DNA of 64,000 nucleotides from an uncultured Alphaproteobacteria bacterium (GTDB lineage Bacteria; Pseudomonadota; Alphaproteobacteria; 43-37; CAWALT01): NCBI GenBank assembly GCA_963782975.1, contig CAWALT010000003.1, positions 589,805 to 653,804 of the forward strand, read 5' to 3'. Shown piece by piece: positions 62,081 to 64,000 of this stretch (position 1 is its first letter; each line of letters starts with the position of its first letter). The notes under the pieces were generated by a model. It saw only the letters and a program-made list of their open reading frames with translations, ran no database searches and was not told where the DNA came from. The position numbers and the translations under genes were made by a program.

Positions 62081-62647
62081 TCATTTATTAAGCCAATCTC
62101 GAATTGCCCATCCACAGCCAAATGGCCAACCTTGAAGCTTTTCCTGGCCAAAAGGCCAATCTTTTAATTCTTCCTTGGAAAATAATTTTACCGAATGCAA
62201 TTCCTCATTTACTCTTATGTCTCCTGTAGCCTTCACATGATACACGATGACAATTTGATTTTTCTCTGGAAAGGGGTAAACTCCCACAAGCATAATATTT
62301 ACGGCTCTAAGCCCTAGCTCTTCTTTTCATTCTCTTGAAATCGCGTCCATGGGGGATTCTTGTGGTTCAATAAAACCCGTAATAATAGAATAAATATTTT
62401 CTTTCCAGCCTCTATTACGTGCTAATACAATTCCATCTTCTGTTTCAATAATTCCGCCAACCACTGGTATAGGATTATTCCAAAAAATATAGCCGCAGGA
62501 ATCGCTCGAGCATCGTCGGCGGTTACACCCATCAATTATCTTGTTGGTAAGGTGCGATTTGCATACCGGACAATAATTAAGAGGATCTTCAATAGGCATA
62601 CAATATTTTCCTTTAAAGCTTAGAGGCGGGAGGAGTTGGATGCACAA
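62081..62647 (-). pseudogene. NUDIX hydrolase with N-terminal zinc-ribbon, interrupted by an in-frame TGA
   Basis: Upstream ORF: CPVC...C..C zinc ribbon, then GGIIE..DGIVLARN...GFIEPQESPMDAISRE. The TGA lies at 62327-62329. The frame then continues KEELGL...MLVGVYPF.... The NUDIX box GX5EX7REUXEEXGU is split exactly at RE*KEE. Confidence 0.65.
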
Positions 62648-62678
62648 GCTCTAGAGCTGTTATTGTCGCAATCCTCTC

Positions 62679-63230
62679 TTATTCTTTCAACCCGATATAA
62701 ATATCCAGCACCGCATGATTTAAGTTAATAGCTCGTTCGTCATACACTTCAAAATCCGTGGTATATTTTCGCTCGCCTCCTAGTTCATTTGGAGGTAGGG
62801 CCCAAATTTTTTGCCACATTTCAATACATACCTGTGGCATGGGCCCTGGTTTATTTGTAAACTTTGCATAAGTTTGGGCGGGAATAATAAGAGAAGTAAA
62901 ACCTTCGGGAATATGATCAACAGAGGTCACTTCCTCGCCAATGAAATAGGTATAATAGTCCGTAAAATCACTTTCATAGGCCGTATACGCACAGTAAGTC
63001 ACCCCTGACCTCTTGCGGTGAGGGATTTTTTGTCCTAAGGCGCCTTGAATATACCTTTGCACGGTAGGACCTATTTTCGCTGTGGCCGGGTTCATCTCAA
63101 GGACATTCTTTGTGCGGGCTGTTATACCCATAAGCGCCAATTCAGGTAACGTTATTAATGCTTTCTCCATAAAGGATGCTCCTTCTCTCTTGCTCAGGCT
63201 TCTAACTTCCTCTCCACGATATACCCCCAT
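62679..63230 (-). CDS. GyrI-like small-molecule-binding domain protein (AraC-effector-binding-like)
   Basis: About 160-aa GyrI-like fold signature (DFEVYDER). The probable start is the internal Met (MEKALITLPE). Confidence 0.5.
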   Translation of the reverse strand: MGVYRGEEVRSLSKREGASFMEKALITLPELALMGITARTKNVLEMNPATAKIGPTVQRYIQGALGQKIPHRKRSGVTYCAYTAYESDFTDYYTYFIGEEVTSVDHIPEGFTSLIIPAQTYAKFTNKPGPMPQVCIEMWQKIWALPPNELGGERKYTTDFEVYDERAINLNHAVLDIYIGLKE

Positions 63231-63969
63231 CTATGGTAAAGCAAGCACCCGTAACATATGCAGAGGCCTTCGAAGAAGCAAGATACAAGAGGAGGCCGTC
63301 CATATCACTCGTAGAAGCAACAAAGTGAAGAGGAATAAGCTTTTCCATTTTTTGGCGAGCGGCTTGAGTATTTAGTTGATAATCGGTTAAGGGCGTGTGA
63401 AATAAGCCGGGAGAGATACAATTGATCCGGATCTTATAGGGCGATAATTCTCCCACCAACATCTTGGTTAAGTGGATGATAGCCGCCTTTGATATGGAAT
63501 AGGCGGCTGCTTCCTTTTTGGGGAACAAATCGCCATTGACACTCGCGATGTTAATAATTGAGCCAGGCATGGTATGGTCTTTCATATGCCGTGCCACGGC
63601 CTTTGTCACATACCAAACCCCCATGACATTCGTTTGCATGATCGCTTCGAAGTCACTTTGGGGATCTGGGTCAAAAATAGGGGTAAGTTTAGCGATGCCA
63701 GCATTGTTAAGAGCGATATCGATACGCTCTCCTTGTTGCTCGAGCAAGGTAAAGGCCTTATGAACGGATTCCTTCTTAGCCACGTCCATCTCAACCGCCA
63801 AAGCATTTGGAAGGCTTTCAGCTAAGGCTTTTAACTTATCAAATTGGCGAGCGGCTAAGAGAACTCGCGCCCCAGCTTTGGAGAGGGTATGGGCAAACTG
63901 CTCTCCCAATCCGCTTGAAGCGCCAGTAATGAGGGCTGTCTTTCCTGTTAGGTCAAAAAGATTTCTCAT
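63202..63969 (-). CDS. Short-chain dehydrogenase/reductase (SDR)
   Basis: TGASSGLG cofactor motif, NNAG, and the catalytic Y-x3-K (YSISKAA). Confidence 0.85.
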   Translation of the reverse strand: MRNLFDLTGKTALITGASSGLGEQFAHTLSKAGARVLLAARQFDKLKALAESLPNALAVEMDVAKKESVHKAFTLLEQQGERIDIALNNAGIAKLTPIFDPDPQSDFEAIMQTNVMGVWYVTKAVARHMKDHTMPGSIINIASVNGDLFPKKEAAAYSISKAAIIHLTKMLVGELSPYKIRINCISPGLFHTPLTDYQLNTQAARQKMEKLIPLHFVASTSDMDGLLLYLASSKASAYVTGACFTIDGGISWRGS

Positions 63970-64000
63970 TGCTTCCTGCTATAAAGTTATTCAAGCTTGC

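Noticed and set aside
1-64000. Possible UGA codon reassignment, prompted by the in-frame TGA in the NUDIX gene
   Set aside because: Many high-confidence genes here (such as pheT and hemH) terminate with TGA at the expected positions. A standard code with a nonsense mutation is the simpler explanation.
1-64000. CRISPR arrays, rRNA genes, IS elements/transposases, intact integrase or phage structural genes
   Set aside because: No regularly spaced direct repeats were seen. There is no DDE or tyrosine-recombinase ORF. Only att-like remnants and gene fragments were found.

Overview
This 64-kb window looks like chromosome from a low-GC (about 40%) alphaproteobacterium. DnaK/DnaJ, PheS/PheT, LepA, PolA, AcnA, SucB and HflX are alpha-type. 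The many pseudogenes and gene fragments suggest a host-associated lineage undergoing reduction, but I cannot name it from sequence alone.

Conserved housekeeping genes make up the backbone: lpdA (partial), lipA, pheST, lepA, phhAB, pepP, uvrD, mlaEFD plus an auxiliary lipoprotein, ldh, a nucleoside hydrolase, mutT, polA, acnA, dnaKJ, sucB, hflX, cca and hemH. Three tRNA genes are present: Ser-GGA, Arg-CCG and Arg-ACG.

Four accessory or anomalous regions stand out:
1. About 10.7-21.7 kb: a tRNA-Ser-associated island. It begins with an 18-bp duplication of the tRNA 3' end (att-like) and an integration scar. It carries a SRPBCC-MarR-EVE operon and a tightly coupled cluster of small-molecule-modifying enzymes: a GNAT, an MccF-like S66 LD-carboxypeptidase, a P-loop-kinase-GNAT fusion and two APH-fold kinases. 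A frameshifted Vat/CatB-type xenobiotic acetyltransferase pseudogene, a DUF218-like protein, a lipoprotein and a chrA with an N-terminal in-frame stop follow.
2. 39.0-42.4 kb: a tandemly duplicated two-gene cassette, possibly a host-targeting effector pair. Each copy encodes a small Cys-containing secreted protein and a signal-peptide-bearing PLC-like phosphodiesterase (PI-PLC X-box-like) with a hydrophobic Gly/Ala-rich C-terminus. The first copy of the phosphodiesterase is truncated by a compositionally foreign GC-rich ~180-bp segment.
3. 58.5-59.0 kb, downstream of tRNA-Arg(ACG): a scrapyard of housekeeping-gene fragments, namely a ~100% identical inverted hflX fragment and a diverged acnA C-terminal fragment.
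4. Scattered single-lesion pseudogenes: a NUDIX hydrolase with an in-frame TGA, and chrA with an in-frame TAG.

Also present are an 1157-aa fused NfnB/GltD-like plus PyrK-like flavo-iron-sulfur oxidoreductase with an unassigned N-terminal extension, a single-domain voltage-gated cation channel with a TFEGW selectivity filter, and an atypical receiver-only response regulator.

No CRISPR array, rRNA, transposase or intact integrase was found.
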